Positions 1 through 15,383 of a DNA stretch of 64,000 nucleotides are shown one piece after another. The position numbers and the translations under genes were made by a program. Position 1 is the first letter of the stretch. Every line of letters starts with the position of its first letter. The notes beneath the pieces are model-generated. The model was given only the letters and a program-made list of their open reading frames with translations, was not told where the DNA came from and did not search any database. Source of the DNA: Saccostrea cucullata (taxonomy: Eukaryota). The DNA is taken from contig NW_026940558.1 of the NCBI RefSeq assembly GCF_032062105.1, positions 1 to 64,000 on the forward strand, given 5' to 3'.

Positions 1-3000
1 AAGGTGATATTCCAGATTTTGTACAAATTGTACAATCAGCACCGCGTTCGACAAGCATTTTCAATACAATGATGGATGGATTCTCGCTATCGACTGTCTT
101 ATACAGCGCCGTCTCCCCTTCTTGATTTTGTAAATTGACGTTAGCACCAGCTTCAAGCACCACCTTCACTGTGTTTGCATTATGCCCTGTACATGCTGCT
201 ATCAAAGGCGTATTCCATAATGTGCTTCGATTGATTTGAGCTCCAGCATTTAATAGTTCTTTTACAACATCAACATTTTCCAAATGGCATGCGGCAGTCA
301 GAGGAGTGCTATATTTACCCTGTAAATTAACATCAGCCCCCGCTTCAATCAGTTCCTTTACAATATTTATGCTTCCATACTTACATGATATTATCAGTGG
401 CATATTATCTTCATCAGCATCATGGTGTAAATTGACGTCTGCTCCAGCCTCTATCAACTCCTTCACTACATTCAAATGTCCCCCTTTACATGCAGCTGTC
501 AGTGGAGTGCTATATCTACTCTGTAGTTTGACATCAGCCCCCTTTTTAAGTAATTCTTTCACCACATCTCCGAATCCATTTGTGCACGCAGCTACCAATG
601 GTGTATTATATGCACCCTGTGGATTAACAACTGCTTTTGCATTCAAAAGCTCTTTAACCATTTCTAATTTTCCTCTCTTACAGGCAACTGTCAACGGTGT
701 TTTGTATTTATTTGGTTTCCTTGGATGCCAAGGATTGAAATTGACTTTGGCTCCAAATTTCAGCAATTCCTTCAAAACATCCAATCGTCTACATTTACAA
801 GCAGTAATTAATGGTGTTTTCCATACATACTTTGGATTAACATCAGCCCCTTTTTGAAGCAGTTCTCTCACCATGATCAGATTGCCATTTAGACATGCAG
901 CTGTCAGTGGTGTTGTATGATGATAACCCGGTCCATTCGCTAGGAACCCCGAAATTGTCTCTGGATTGATGTAAATGCCGAAAGAAGATGCGATTAATCG
1001 AACCATCTGTATATATTTTAAACGATCAATCCATATTTGCTGTGGATTAACCGAAGCCCCCATTTCAAGAAGATCTCTCACAAGGTTTAAATCTCCATCT
1101 AAACAAGCAGCAGTCAGTGGTGTATACCATTCTTTATTGTGTTGATTGATATCAGCACCAGCCTCAATTAGATATTTTATTAAACTTTTATCCTTTTTTC
1201 GTCTAACAGAACTTAATAATGGTGTATTCCCATCATCATCTTGCTGGTTGACATCAGCTTTTGCTTCAAGAAGTTCTTTTATTAACGACAAATTTGGATG
1301 AATTCTTGAACATGCATTTATCAGTGCTGTACCGGTCAAACGCAATGAATTGACATCGGCCCCAACTCGTAGCAGTTCAATGACTACATCGGAATGATTT
1401 TCACGACATGCAGCATTTAATGGTGAATCATACAGACCCTGAGGATTAACTTTTGCTCCTTTCTTCAGTAGTTCTGTCACCACAGAAATGTGTCCTCCTT
1501 TACATGCAGCTGTCAATGCATCCATTGTACATATACTTCCACATTGTAAATTAATGTTGGCCCCAGCTTTTAAAAGTTCCCTCACTATAACCAATTCACC
1601 ACAACTACATGCAGATATCAGAGGGTTATTGAAATCCTTTTTTTGATTGACAATGGCCCCTGATTGCAGCAATATTTGTACTACATTTAGATGTCCATTT
1701 TCACATGCAGCTATAAGTGGTAAATTACTTGCAGACTCTAAATTTGTTGAAGCTCCACAAGTAATCAGCTCCTTTACAATACCTGAATATCCACCTTTGC
1801 ATGCTTTTACTAGTGGTGTATCGAAATTACACTCTAAATTGACATTTGCATCCATTTTGCAAAGTTCTCTCACAACACTCAAATGTCCAGCACTGCATGC
1901 TGCTGTCAGTGGTGTATGACTATGACCCAGTTTGTTAACATCAGCTCCTACACCTATCAACTCATTTACAACAGAAACATGACCAAATAAACACGCTGCT
2001 ACTAGAGGGGTATTTTTTCTAAATAAAATTCCCCTAGAACGCACTGCCCAATGAGAGTAGACATGTGGCGTTCTGTTGATTGAGTAGTTTAAATCGACAT
2101 GTTTCAGTAAGATCCTAACAGTCTCCACATCGCCCCCATAACAACTGAGAACAAGTAAGCGGGTTTGTTCTACCGCAGAGTTTTGAATGTTTTCCTTTTC
2201 ATACAAGGATGCAAAGCTAACTTTTAGAGAGTCTGAAACAAGTATTTCATCAAAATCATCTATCACTTTATTTATATCACTAGCATTGGTTCCCTGTTTC
2301 GATGTTTGACCAAGATTTATAAGATCAGAATTCAAATTTCCAAATAGTGCAGACGATGTTTCGTTGTGTAGTTCAGTTTGATGTATGATGTACCTAAGGA
2401 TTTGGTGATGTCCATAGTAAATAACCCAACTGATCACTCTCACATAGCATACTAATGGCATCAAAAACATGTGTCGTCTGTCTAGCAGTAGATCCTCTAT
2501 ACAATCTTTAAACTCGTTGTTCTTTTTCTTATCATTTCCATCTTCTTCCCTTTTGAGTATTTTAGACATTTTCTCCAGTTTACTTAGAAAGAGTTTTTTT
2601 AATTCTACATATGTATGTTTCTCTAGTACATTAATAAATGCTTTACACAACTGGTTGTCCTTTAAAGCATTATTCATAAACACGTCATACAGTTCATAAT
2701 TTTCTATATCTTTGTACAGTCTCTTAGCTAACATTGGATACAGGTTAATAGACACCCTTATACACAGATCTGTACCCTCCCTGTTTTCAGTCTTTTCTTC
2801 ACTGCTTATATCAGTTGCCTCCACTTTTGTTTCCATGTTTTTCTGTTTTTGTGTTTCACATGTCTGAAGTTTTACATAGTTTGCAATATAACTACTTTTC
2901 ATATATTCTATAATCAACTCTGGAAACTGTCTACCAAAGTGATATGCTGTTATTTCAAACATGGAGTCATGAACAAAAGTGAACTCTCTACCACGACGTT

Positions 3001-4027
3001 TTGTGTATGTCCCCTCCATTGCTGACAAAGCTTTCACAAACTTAAATGTATCTGTTGAACTTGTAACTTCACAGCTTTCTAACACCCTGTGCTTCATTTC
3101 CCGAAAACATTTATTTTTCTCATCTTTTAGAATGTCTTCAGAAAGCATGTTGTTATACGTTTTGTGTATGTCCCCTCCATTGCTGACAAAGCTTTCACAA
3201 ACTTAAATGTATCTGTTGAACTTGTAACTTCACAGCTTTCTAACACCCTGTGCTTCATTTCCCGAAACATTTATTTTTCTCATCTTTTAGAATGTCTTCA
3301 GAAAGCATGTTGTTATTCAACGTGCACAACACCAAAGTTGCATAGAATAAACCGTTTCTTTGTTGCATTTTGTCGAATTCCTCGACAATGCATTGGATGG
3401 GACTGATAAAAAAGCGTTCACCAGTGATTCTAAATTTTTCCTCATTGGAATATAGTTTACACAATAAAGGAAACATGCGAGAGGCTTCAGTAAGCATTGC
3501 AGGAGACAACAAATCTCTGTCTAACCCATGCTTTTCAAGAATCTTTCTTTGGTCTTCTTCATTCAATTCATTCTCAGAGCTATGAAGCTTAATAGTATTT
3601 TGTGCATTAGTTAAAAAGGATTTGTTGCATTGGTTAAAAAGGGTTTTTCTGCATGTCAAGAGAACCTTTGTTTTCACAAAAGACGGTTTTTTTAATTTTT
3701 CCACGTACTCTAAAAACGATTCTAACTTTGCTTTGTTAACACCCAATACACCTACGACATCATTGATAACAAAAACCTGTGGATTCTGAGGATCACAATA
3801 CTGTGTGAGGTCTCTAAAGTCCAACATAGGTACCACTTCGTATTCTTCCTTCTGGAGAAGAAGAGCTATATGCTGAACTGTGGCGGATTTGCCGGATCCC
3901 GGGACACCAACAAAAGTCACATATGGTTGTTCTCTCACCCTCTGTAGCATTTCAGGGAACCCATGAGTTTCAACAAAAACCGAATCTTCTTCTTTCCATT
4001 TTTTGATATATTCTGTCTCGTGTTGTG
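1..4027 (-). CDS. Large exon: nSTAND3-like P-loop NTPase, helical region and ~20 ankyrin repeats; open at window edge; frame broken by duplication at 2996-3316
   Basis: Acceptor atcttttag ends at 4028 and is in frame with ORF 3255..3950: Walker A GVPGSGKS, Walker B VFVINDVVG, sensor-1 LLTCR. After the duplication the frame resumes (FTFVHDSMFEITAYHFG). The ATG at 3097 is in frame with the codons at the window edge, with repeated TPLxAACxxGHxxVVxELxxxGADVN units from ~2170 to 1. Confidence 0.85.
2996..3316. repeat. Tandem duplication of coding sequence (161 bp + 160 bp)
   Basis: 2996-3156 and 3157-3316 are identical except cccgaaaacat vs cccgaaacat. Confidence 0.95.
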
Positions 4028-4383
4028 CTAAAAGATATTTAGTTTATTTAATAAAATATTTTTTTATAATATATGCAGAAATACTTTATTTATTTGGAGT
4101 TAAACTCTCCACATTTTTCATATTGTTGAACGGTTTAAAATTTCTTTGGCATTTTCTCATAACGATTTTTAAATATATATGTATACAGTATAATATTTTT
4201 TCCAAACTATTACATAAAAAAGTGCTGAAAGGTTTGTTTCCATTATTTACTCTTTTGATCTAATAAAATATAATCAGATAACACTTAACTTCAAAGTACA
4301 AAATAAAAAGACATATTTCATGGCTAGATGCAATGGTATTGAATAAAAACATGCATATAATCAGAACTAATGTATTAACATAC

Positions 4384-4428
4384 CTTTAACATGTGCAGGG
4401 ATCACGCAGTGTAGACTTTTAATGTCAT
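4384..4428 (-). CDS. 45-nt linker exon (DDIKSLHCVIPAHVK) of HEPN-nSTAND-ankyrin gene
   Basis: Acceptor ttggtttttcag and donor AAG|GTATGT. Phase 1-1, and it keeps the frame between the HEPN exon and the NTPase exon without stops. Confidence 0.75.
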
Positions 4429-4750
4429 CTGAAAAACCAATCCGTCATTATGAAACCATGAAAAATGACTTTTTCTCAATGATTTTTCGAATTTCAGAAT
4501 AAAAAAAAAATTTGAATACAGAACTGCAAATTTACTGTTATCATTTTTATTTAAAAGAGAACCCTTTACAAAACATTTAAGCAAAAACCATGTTATTTAT
4601 TTACTGTTTACCGTACTGTTTACCACCATTCAATAGAACCAGAGCCAAATTTCAGATATAAGTAAATCGAAATTAACTAGTTCTGAATTGTAAAACAATA
4701 ATTTACGGCTAAGAATCTCCCACTTCTAATCAACAATACTTAATACTTAC

Positions 4751-5378
4751 CTGAAAGGTTTTCAACCGTCTTTTGTAATTCGTCAATCACTAAAAGTTTA
4801 TCGATGTATTTTTTCTCCAACTCTGGATCCATTGAGCATGTTTTGATTTCGTCAACAGAGTCCTGAAGAGACGTGTTTGTTCCAAGGTAACCCTCTAACT
4901 CTACAATTATGTAACGAATATTCCTCCATTCTTGTCTAAAATCCGACTCCTTTAAAGAAAAATCTGACGTGTGTCCATAGTATTTGTTCCTAATTAGTCG
5001 AATCCTTTCAATGTAAGCAGACACACTTCTATCTCCGGGGTTTGGCTGATTTCCCCATCCCGCTGCATGTTCTGTAACATTGCACACGTTACGTAAAAGT
5101 AAATATAGAATTGTGACGTCAAAGTCTGAATAATCTCCGCAATATTGTTTCGTAAAAGGCGGGAAAATGAGATCTGTCTGTTGTTTGGAAAGAGGATTTT
5201 TTGCCTTCTGGTTCTTAAGGTGATCTATCCAGGTCCTAACCGTACTTGATAAAGTAGAGGGGGGTATTTCTTTACCGAGAATGTCCCTCAACACATCGGT
5301 ACAAGGACCCAAGAGAAGTCTAGCCACTCGTGCTAGGTTTGTTGTTTCTGTTGTGGATGTATATTTTGACAGAGACAT
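4751..5378 (-). CDS. First coding exon of HEPN-nSTAND-ankyrin gene; DZIP3/hRUL138-like HEPN domain
   Basis: ORF 4740..5378 has SDFDVTILYLLLRN, GWG..P and IERIRLIRNKYYGH (R-x5-H HEPN motif). Acceptor tttttttatccag lies just upstream (exon starts 5394, short 5'UTR). Donor CAG|GTAAGT at 4751/4750 is phase 1. Confidence 0.85.
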
Positions 5379-6762
5379 TGTAGACCTTTTACACCTGGAT
5401 AAAAAAAGATAATATATTGCGTAAAACCTACTAGTATCACCTCTTTTGATGGAAACATTCTTTTATTTTTTTTAAACAGTCATAAAATAAGTTTATGTAA
5501 AACATCACTTAAGGATATGTGAACCTGACGTTTTTGAATCCACCGCGCAACTCGAACTGCGGAAGATGGGAACGGTCAATGTCGTGATCATAGAACATAT
5601 AATTTTGCTAAAACACAAGTTTAAAGGATTTAACAGCGGTTAAATAGTAAAATATGCCAAATTAATCAACATTGCATGAATTTTATTAATTTTGGCTGTT
5701 TGACTGTTCCAACCCCGATAATTTACGACATTACTCCCTAGCCGATTTGCGACGCCATGTTTTGTAGAGAAGGACGCAACGATGCATTTGCAAGGAAAAA
5801 AACAGTTTATACGCCGAAAATAGATTATACGGTTATATTTAGACGAAAATATACAGATTGGTGCCGTTCGGTTTCATGTAACAACTGCACAAGCGATGTC
5901 ACACTCACCCCGAATGCAGTTCCACGATGTACTTCATTGTTTTTCACGTAAGTAAAAGTAGGCCTAAACTAACAGCAGAATAAACATGCACCAAACACAT
6001 GGATAACCGGAGTTTACCTGACACCTTAATATACATTTATTTATTATTAGGTTGTAATTTATAGCTGTATAGCATCATCGAAATTCAATTTACTCTGTTT
6101 CCAGCCGGGATCAACAATGATTCGAATATTAGCCTACAGAAAATTTGCACAATTTTCACATATATATCCAATAAAAATTTTCATGAGGTATTTATTGGAT
6201 TTACTTTTTGTTTACCAGTGTCAAATTACCAAATTAGGCAAATACTGAAATAGCAATTCGCTGGCCAAGTAACCAAATTACATTATAGACAAATCAGTTT
6301 GGCATACTTATATATACATGTATTTACACCATCTCTGTTGGGTTTTCGACGAAATCCTGACTTACGATAGGTTGGAGTCTGTCAAGCTATTAAAGGAGGT
6401 AGATTATTTATATCTAGTCAATTGTAAATCAATACAAGGTCGATGTAAAGTTCTTTTGGAACACTTTGAACAACTCAAATTCACAAGCTTAATATTTTTA
6501 GTGTTTGCAGTTGGCAAGGTTAAAGTTATACATGTAAGTAGCATAAATAATGAGAGAAACATTTTCTTCTTTACTGAAAACCTATAACACATACTGATTA
6601 GTTCATCATTTTAGCACGAAAACAACATTACAAAACTAACACAACGTGATGTCATAATATGTACTATATAAGCATGATGAAGCATGTAGCAGAGAAAAAC
6701 ATTTATAAACCACAGATAATACATAAATGTTTCATTGGTGGGGGTAAATTCGTTGCATACGG

Positions 6763-6877
6763 TAGTATTTTAGTGACAGAGTGCGGGATGATACCTAGTC
6801 AGTAGACTCGGCTCCGCCTCGCCAGGTATAAAATATACTAAGCAGGTATCATTGCATACCCTGTCACTAAAACACTA
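6763..6877. repeat. Small imperfect inverted repeat / MITE remnant
   Basis: tagtattttagtgacagagtgcgggatgatacct pairs imperfectly with aggtatcattgcataccctgtcactaaaacacta. Confidence 0.55.
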
Positions 6878-6950
6878 TGTAATTTATAGTCTGTGCAGTG
6901 CAAAATTTGTCTTATTTTAAAATGATGTACTATTTAAGATATGACATTAA

Positions 6951-7363
6951 AGCTGAACATTTCTCTTAAATAGACACTGTCAGACGGTGTATATAAACTG
7001 TTTGATTTCGTTACACCCGATTGCACACTCGAAACTCGTGGCCGAGATGTAGTACTCCTATCGTTGTGTTGGATTTTTTGCGTTTATTTCTTGTTTGTAT
7101 GTGCATTTTCTGTTTGTAAATAATGTATTGACCTGCATATTTCATGATACTTAAGTCCTGTTTCGGAAAAAATGCGTAAAATTTGATATTTTCATCCATA
7201 TTGAGTAGCACGCTTTGTAAGATATGCGTCTACACTCGTCGGATATCTATAGTGAAATACATTGAACTGACTGGCGATCTGCTCCTTATATACGAGTTGT
7301 AGGGAGAGCGTTGAAGAACGGGAAATATGGCGGACTATGCCTATTTACGAGTAGTGTTCAGCT
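6951..7363. mobile_element. Kolobok-like MITE nested in the larger element
   Basis: TTAA|agctgaaca ... tgttcagct|TTAA. Confidence 0.65.
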
Positions 7364-8184
7364 TTAATGTGTAAAATGTTGACCAATTTATTCCTTCAAA
7401 ATTGAATAATTTTGTGACATATTTGTTATTTGAACAGGTATAGAGAAGGAAAAGAATCAACATATGTCAGCAGTTAAAATCCACCTACTCAACTCTAGAT
7501 AGCTGTTCCTGTGGATCCAAATGAATGAAAAGATCTCTGTGTGTTGCAAACAATAGAATGGGTAGGAGTGAATGAAAAAATTGTTTTTTAAGATTAAAAA
7601 ATGAGGAAGTGATCTTCGACATGCATTTGATTCTGATTGTGATTGTGTGAAGGGTGGTATATTTAGTTTCTTGCCTTGATATGGACAGAATATGAAGTGT
7701 CAGATTTTTTTTTCCAAGATCACAAGAGACAAATTATGACAGATTATTTTGTTTCATTAAAAATATTATATGTGAGGGGGAGAGCTTCATTGTAGAGAAC
7801 AATGTACATATTCCAGTGTAAATATTCTAAGGTCAAATTAATTCCAATATCTATTCTCAGAATCAAATGGTCCTCCCTTTACATGTAACTTTTAAATATG
7901 ATAATAGAAAATCCAGTAGTATAATATTTTGAAATTTCAATAGTCTAGTAGTCAATCCTTATAAATTCATGTATCAGTAACTGCAAAGGCTTCAAATTCA
8001 TAAACTGATTGACAATAAAGTAACAATTCAAGTTTTAAATAACCCTGGTAGATATTACATGTACTTATTTACATGTTTACTATATATATCCATACACACC
8101 ATTAAGACATGAAGTTTAAAACTAAAATGAAATTTATTTTCTAGGCTAAGAATGGTATTGTTGTGTCAAAGCCTGAAATTTGCA

Positions 8185-8430
8185 TGGCACAGTTGTTAGA
8201 GCAGCTCTCTATTTTCTCAAAGTAAGGAGCACTGTGGAACATGGAGGCCAGTCCTTTGGATGAAACTGCATAAACTGAGATCCCCTTGCAGTAGATGTTG
8301 GCATGAAAAAGATCCCTCACAGCTCAACGTCCATAAGTACCGAGTATAGGTATGAAGTTGCAGCCCTCCACCAGCAAGTGGTAGCGTCTTCATATGAGTG
8401 AAAAAAATTCTTGAGAGGGACATAACACAA
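8185..8430 (+). mobile_element. Degenerate tRNA-derived SINE (Meta-type central domain likely)
   Basis: A-box-like tggcacagttgttagagc. Central gttggcatgaaaaagatccctcacagctcaa and 3' catatgagtgaaaaaaattcttgagagggac resemble common bivalve SINEs (recognition from memory). Confidence 0.5.
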
Positions 8431-8539
8431 AGCAAAGGCTGAAGTATTTGCTTCAGAAAAGACCTACAACTACAGTGATCATTATTTGAACAAAGTATGT
8501 GACAAAAAAAGCTTGCAGTTGAAAGGCAAAGAAAAGAAT

Positions 8540-9861
8540 CAGGGCTCTCACACCCATTTTTGGTACTGGGGCCGGGGCCAATGAAATTGGGAAAAAAGCG
8601 ATGTTTTTATAAAAAATTGGGAAATTTTTACCAGTCATTATTTAAACTCTTACAATTAACAAGAAAAATCAAATAAACACAGTGTAATTATAGTAACTGA
8701 AACGAATCATTATCATCGTCTTCCTCTTAGTAGAAATATTTTTTTTCTACACTGACTTTAATACTGCAGGGATCAAAATTAATTAACTTTTTTTTTTTAC
8801 CACAAGCAAATATCAGCTAGTGGGTTTATTTTTACTAGCAAATTGTAATATTGAACTATTTAAATGAACTTTCACTAGCATTTTTTCTCCTCATAGTAAT
8901 TAACATAAGATTTAAATAATTTAAAAAAAATAATTTTATTTCACCTCTTGGAAGCAATTAGGCCGTTTTATAAATGATGAAATCTTAACATCTATACAGA
9001 GGTGTGTAATTAAAAAAACTCCATATAAAAAACTCAATCTGATTAAAATCAGATTGATAAAAAACTCATCCTATTTAAAATTTAATCAGTAAATACACTG
9101 AAAATATATTTTATGGAAAATCACATAACACTTTTCCTCTATTTGATTAAGTGATCATAAATAATCTAATGGAATATCTAACCTTACATTTACATGTATT
9201 TACCATAAACAAAGGAATGGAGGAAATTCGGATTATAAAAAACGATCTTTTTTGGAAGTTAATAAATCAGGTTGTTCTGCAAAATTAATAAGATCCTTAA
9301 GATTTACGAATTGTAGGAGCATGCTTAATTTTTGTTCATTGTTAGGGAATCTAATAGCAAAACAGTGAATAAAATACCTGTAGTACTTTTCATTGGTAAT
9401 CTTAATTTTTAAGACCTTTTTTTACTCGCGAAAAAGGTGGCGACCACAGGTCGCTTTTAACTCCCAATTTCTGTTTTTAATTCGCATATTAAGAGTATTT
9501 TCCGTTATTTCGAGCCCTGACATGATAGTTTTTCACATTATGCGGCATGTTGTGAATAAACAAGTCGTACCTAAGAGAATTTGTAATTTACTACAGACGA
9601 CTTTTGTTTGAGTGACTTTTGTGACCTAGGCTAAACTGGTTCCAGCATATAAACGAAACTACCAGTTCATAACACGAACATGATTCCTTCATATCTTCAC
9701 AGTGCTTATACGACTGTCAAAGATATGCTCTTTTTACGTACTAAATTTCAAGCAATCATACATTGGGAATTTTTACACTCAAATTTGGGAAAAAGGGGGC
9801 CTTTTTCACGTTGGGAACGGGGCCGAATATCGGCCCCAATTAAAGAGAATCGAGAGCCCTG
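8540..9861. mobile_element. Non-autonomous TIR element, CAGGG termini, 5-bp TSD
   Basis: AGAAT|cagggctctc ... gagagccctg|AGAAT. A second CAGGG-ended element probably lies inside at 8767-9519, without a clear TSD. Confidence 0.7.
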
Positions 9862-10360
9862 AGAATTCATTATGACAGGAAAGCTAGCTTTTATAGAACA
9901 CACTGTACATGTAGAAACTTTTGTCAAGGTTAAAAAAATAATTCTGTTTGACAAGAACAAACAGTTCTCTTTTTTGTGTTTTATTTTTAGATGGTGTCCA
10001 ATATCTCCATACGTTGTACATTCTAATATTAATTACATTGGCAATTAGATCTGTGCCAAAATATGTCATTGTAATGTTAGTTTTATTGTGTGGCCTTTTT
10101 CTAACCATGTAAACCTTAGTGCATATAGATTATGAAATTTTTTTATTTTGTTTTTTTTAAATTTTTTATAAAATATTTATTTAAACATGTTACAGCAAAA
10201 TTCTATTAGTGCAAACACGGAAATAGCAAATCCATGGATATATTTTAGATCCCCAGCTATATAAATTTAACGAATTTGTTACATGGATATAGCGAATTAT
10301 GGTTATAGCGAAGTAATTTTATAGGTCTTAGTGACTTCATTAAAACAGAGTTTTACTAAA

Positions 10361-12610
<2,250 letters not shown>

Positions 12611-14904
12611 GGCTTATTAATTATTATTTTTATTGGAAAAAATATGAATAGTATGTTTATGCACCAATCTTTCATGTTATAGCAAATAAATTAATTTGAA
12701 CTGCAATTTATAAGTTTTTTATGACTTTCTTTAATTTTAGTGTAATTTTATATATCGTTTTAAACTTTGAAAACATGGTCATCTTCAGGGACTGTTGCCA
12801 TGGAAACGAACTCATGTACATATATCAAAATTGTTGTTTTTTGATCAAGGAACTTGTCCTCTATCTGTTGATACCCATTTTATAATTTTCCAATTACTTT
12901 TTTGTCAGGTTCACATATCCTTAACCAATTGAAAATGTTTCTATGCAATAACTACGTTTGCCATCTGACATTGTAAAAAAGGGTCAACATTTGGTCAATC
13001 AATTGTTAAAGCTGACATGAATTCTTAAAAACGCAACATTTTCATCTATGTACGACTTGTTTTATACCAACTATAGCCGTATTCCGCCATATTTCTTTCA
13101 GATACCTTGTCTCATTGTAACGATATATACCCGAAAGCGCTCGTTACAGTTGAATGATTTTTTGGTTTGGGTATCGACTTGTGCACATCTCCGATGGTAA
13201 AGCATATGAGAACACATGAGGAAATCAAGACATTTCTAAACCACAATAAGCATAATAATCATATTTCTGAATAATTATTGATTTGAATCAAATGTAATTC
13301 AAAAAAGAAAGAAAATGTAAGTTTGAAAGAAAGTTTTAGTTGCACGAGTACGCATTTTTACACTGCGCCAATTTATGCAGAATAAACATGAAATAAAAAA
13401 GCACTAAAACGCGTAAACACACTTTGAAATTACTATTATTTGAATAGAACAAAACAACCAGTGTCTTTGATTTGCAGGTTTTATGCAGACTTTGATGCAT
13501 ATCGAGAAAACGCGTCGAACGCTGTAAATGTACCCATACCTGGTAATAAGAACTCTGCATCGGTTCGAAGATGTGCACAAGTCAAGTGATATACACCCTG
13601 AATTCCATTTATTGATAAATGCAACACAAAAAAGAAATAAACTCCATAAAAATTCAAAAGTAAACACACTGTGACTACTCCGTTCAGCCTAGCACATCAA
13701 AACACTTAGTCCGTGCTGATCAGATTTTGGTCAGGGAAAATATCACAAGTGGAAAAGAGAATTTATTTGATATTTGCGCAGCTAAAAGGGGGGGGGGGGG
13801 GCTAAAGTATAATCATAACGACTTTATAAGGTACAACTGAAAATTGTCTATCTAGTTCTAATAAACATTCTATATATAGTCTGCAAAATTCATTTGTCAA
13901 TTACAACTGATTATTTTAGTACTAATCTCAAATCTAAACCAAGTAATTTGATATACGGTAATTATTTAGTTTAAGACTTAAAAGCATTTAACCAGAATAC
14001 AAAATTTTACGTGTAATTTGTTTGTTCTTTAACACACACGCGAAAAAAACATCCCTTGTTTAGATTGACATTAAGGCATTTGTATTTTTAAGGGGGGGGG
14101 GGCAGAAATAATTAACACGACCGTTACCTAAATAGTCTTGGAAGACAGACATCTCTGCCAAATCCATTTTTCGAGATTTTTTATTGCCTCACTCCGACCA
14201 CATTTAGTATGTGCATTTTTGCGGAATGTGGCTGTTTTATGATTATTACAGAAAGTCTTTCGAGATTCAGTATCCCTGTCTGAAAGTCTAGCTTTTTTTT
14301 CAAATAAAAATAATTTCTGTTGCAATATTTGGGAGATGTTTTTAAAAAGTAGGATAGGGATACTTGAAACCTGGTTGAATACAGATAATTTATAATCACT
14401 TTTTTATTCATTGAACTCTCTTTCTTCTCCTGTAACCAACAGTAAGCGCAATAAGAGATATAAAATCATATGCATTTTGTGCTGTACCATTTATTAGATC
14501 GTGGGACAGGTCAAGAATTTTTTTCAGGCGGGGATGTCGAAACTTGAAATAATTGAAATTGAAATTGAAATAATAATTTTACTTTTGACAAGAAAAATAA
14601 ACCTAAACGCCGAAATTGAAAGGGAAATAAACGTCAAATCTACATCAAAGGAATGGGAACATTGGGAACTTTCTCAAATACCTTCTAGCTCAGGTAAGGA
14701 ATCTGGACAAAATTAATTAAGACAAGAGGTATAAAAAAGCTAATTTTTGGAAGAATGTGGGACTCTCATCGGCAGTTTGCTATCCTTTCCTATATGCTTC
14801 GACTATTAACATTTTATGTCAAGAAATATAACTCACATTCAATTCCAGGGGCGGATTCAGCCATTTTTAGAAAGGGGGGATTCCAGGTCGGTGCCCTCAG
14901 CACT

Positions 14905-15383
14905 CAGGCGCAGATCCAAAATTTTTCAGGGGGGGGGGTGGGGGGTCCAACTCAGTTCCAAAAAAATCTAACCCAGAAATTTGCTGACAAGCAAAAAAAA
15001 AAACTAAAATAAAAACAGACTCGTAAACTCGCCCAAACTTCAATAACCTATTTCGTGGGAGGGGGGAGTCGATGACTTCTAATTAGAATTAGAGTTAGAA
15101 TATTTATTCAATCAATTTCGGCCCACAGTGATGCATATAGTACAATGTACAAAATCATTACAGTTATACATACAAAAACAGAACAAAACAAACATTGTAT
15201 AAATAAGCTTCGAATCTTAGACTTTTCATCCAATTTAACATAAATTCGCATTTACCAGGGAGTCTGCGTTTTCCGAGGGGGGTTCAACGTAAACTTTTTT
15301 CCTTCCTTTAGTATATAAATCTAATAACCTTGCAAATCCCGGGGGATGGGGGTGGTCCTGACCCCGCACTAGATCCGCGCATG
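14905..15383. mobile_element. MITE with CAGG/CATG termini and 5-bp TSD
   Basis: GCACT|caggcgcagatcc ... agatccgcgcatg|GCACT. It sits inside a related remnant starting caggggcggattc at 14846. Confidence 0.7.

Noticed and set aside
306-3585. Plus-strand ORFs (306..857, 1647..1919, 2469..2699, 2979..3206 and others)
   Set aside because: Antisense shadows of the minus-strand ankyrin/NTPase exon.
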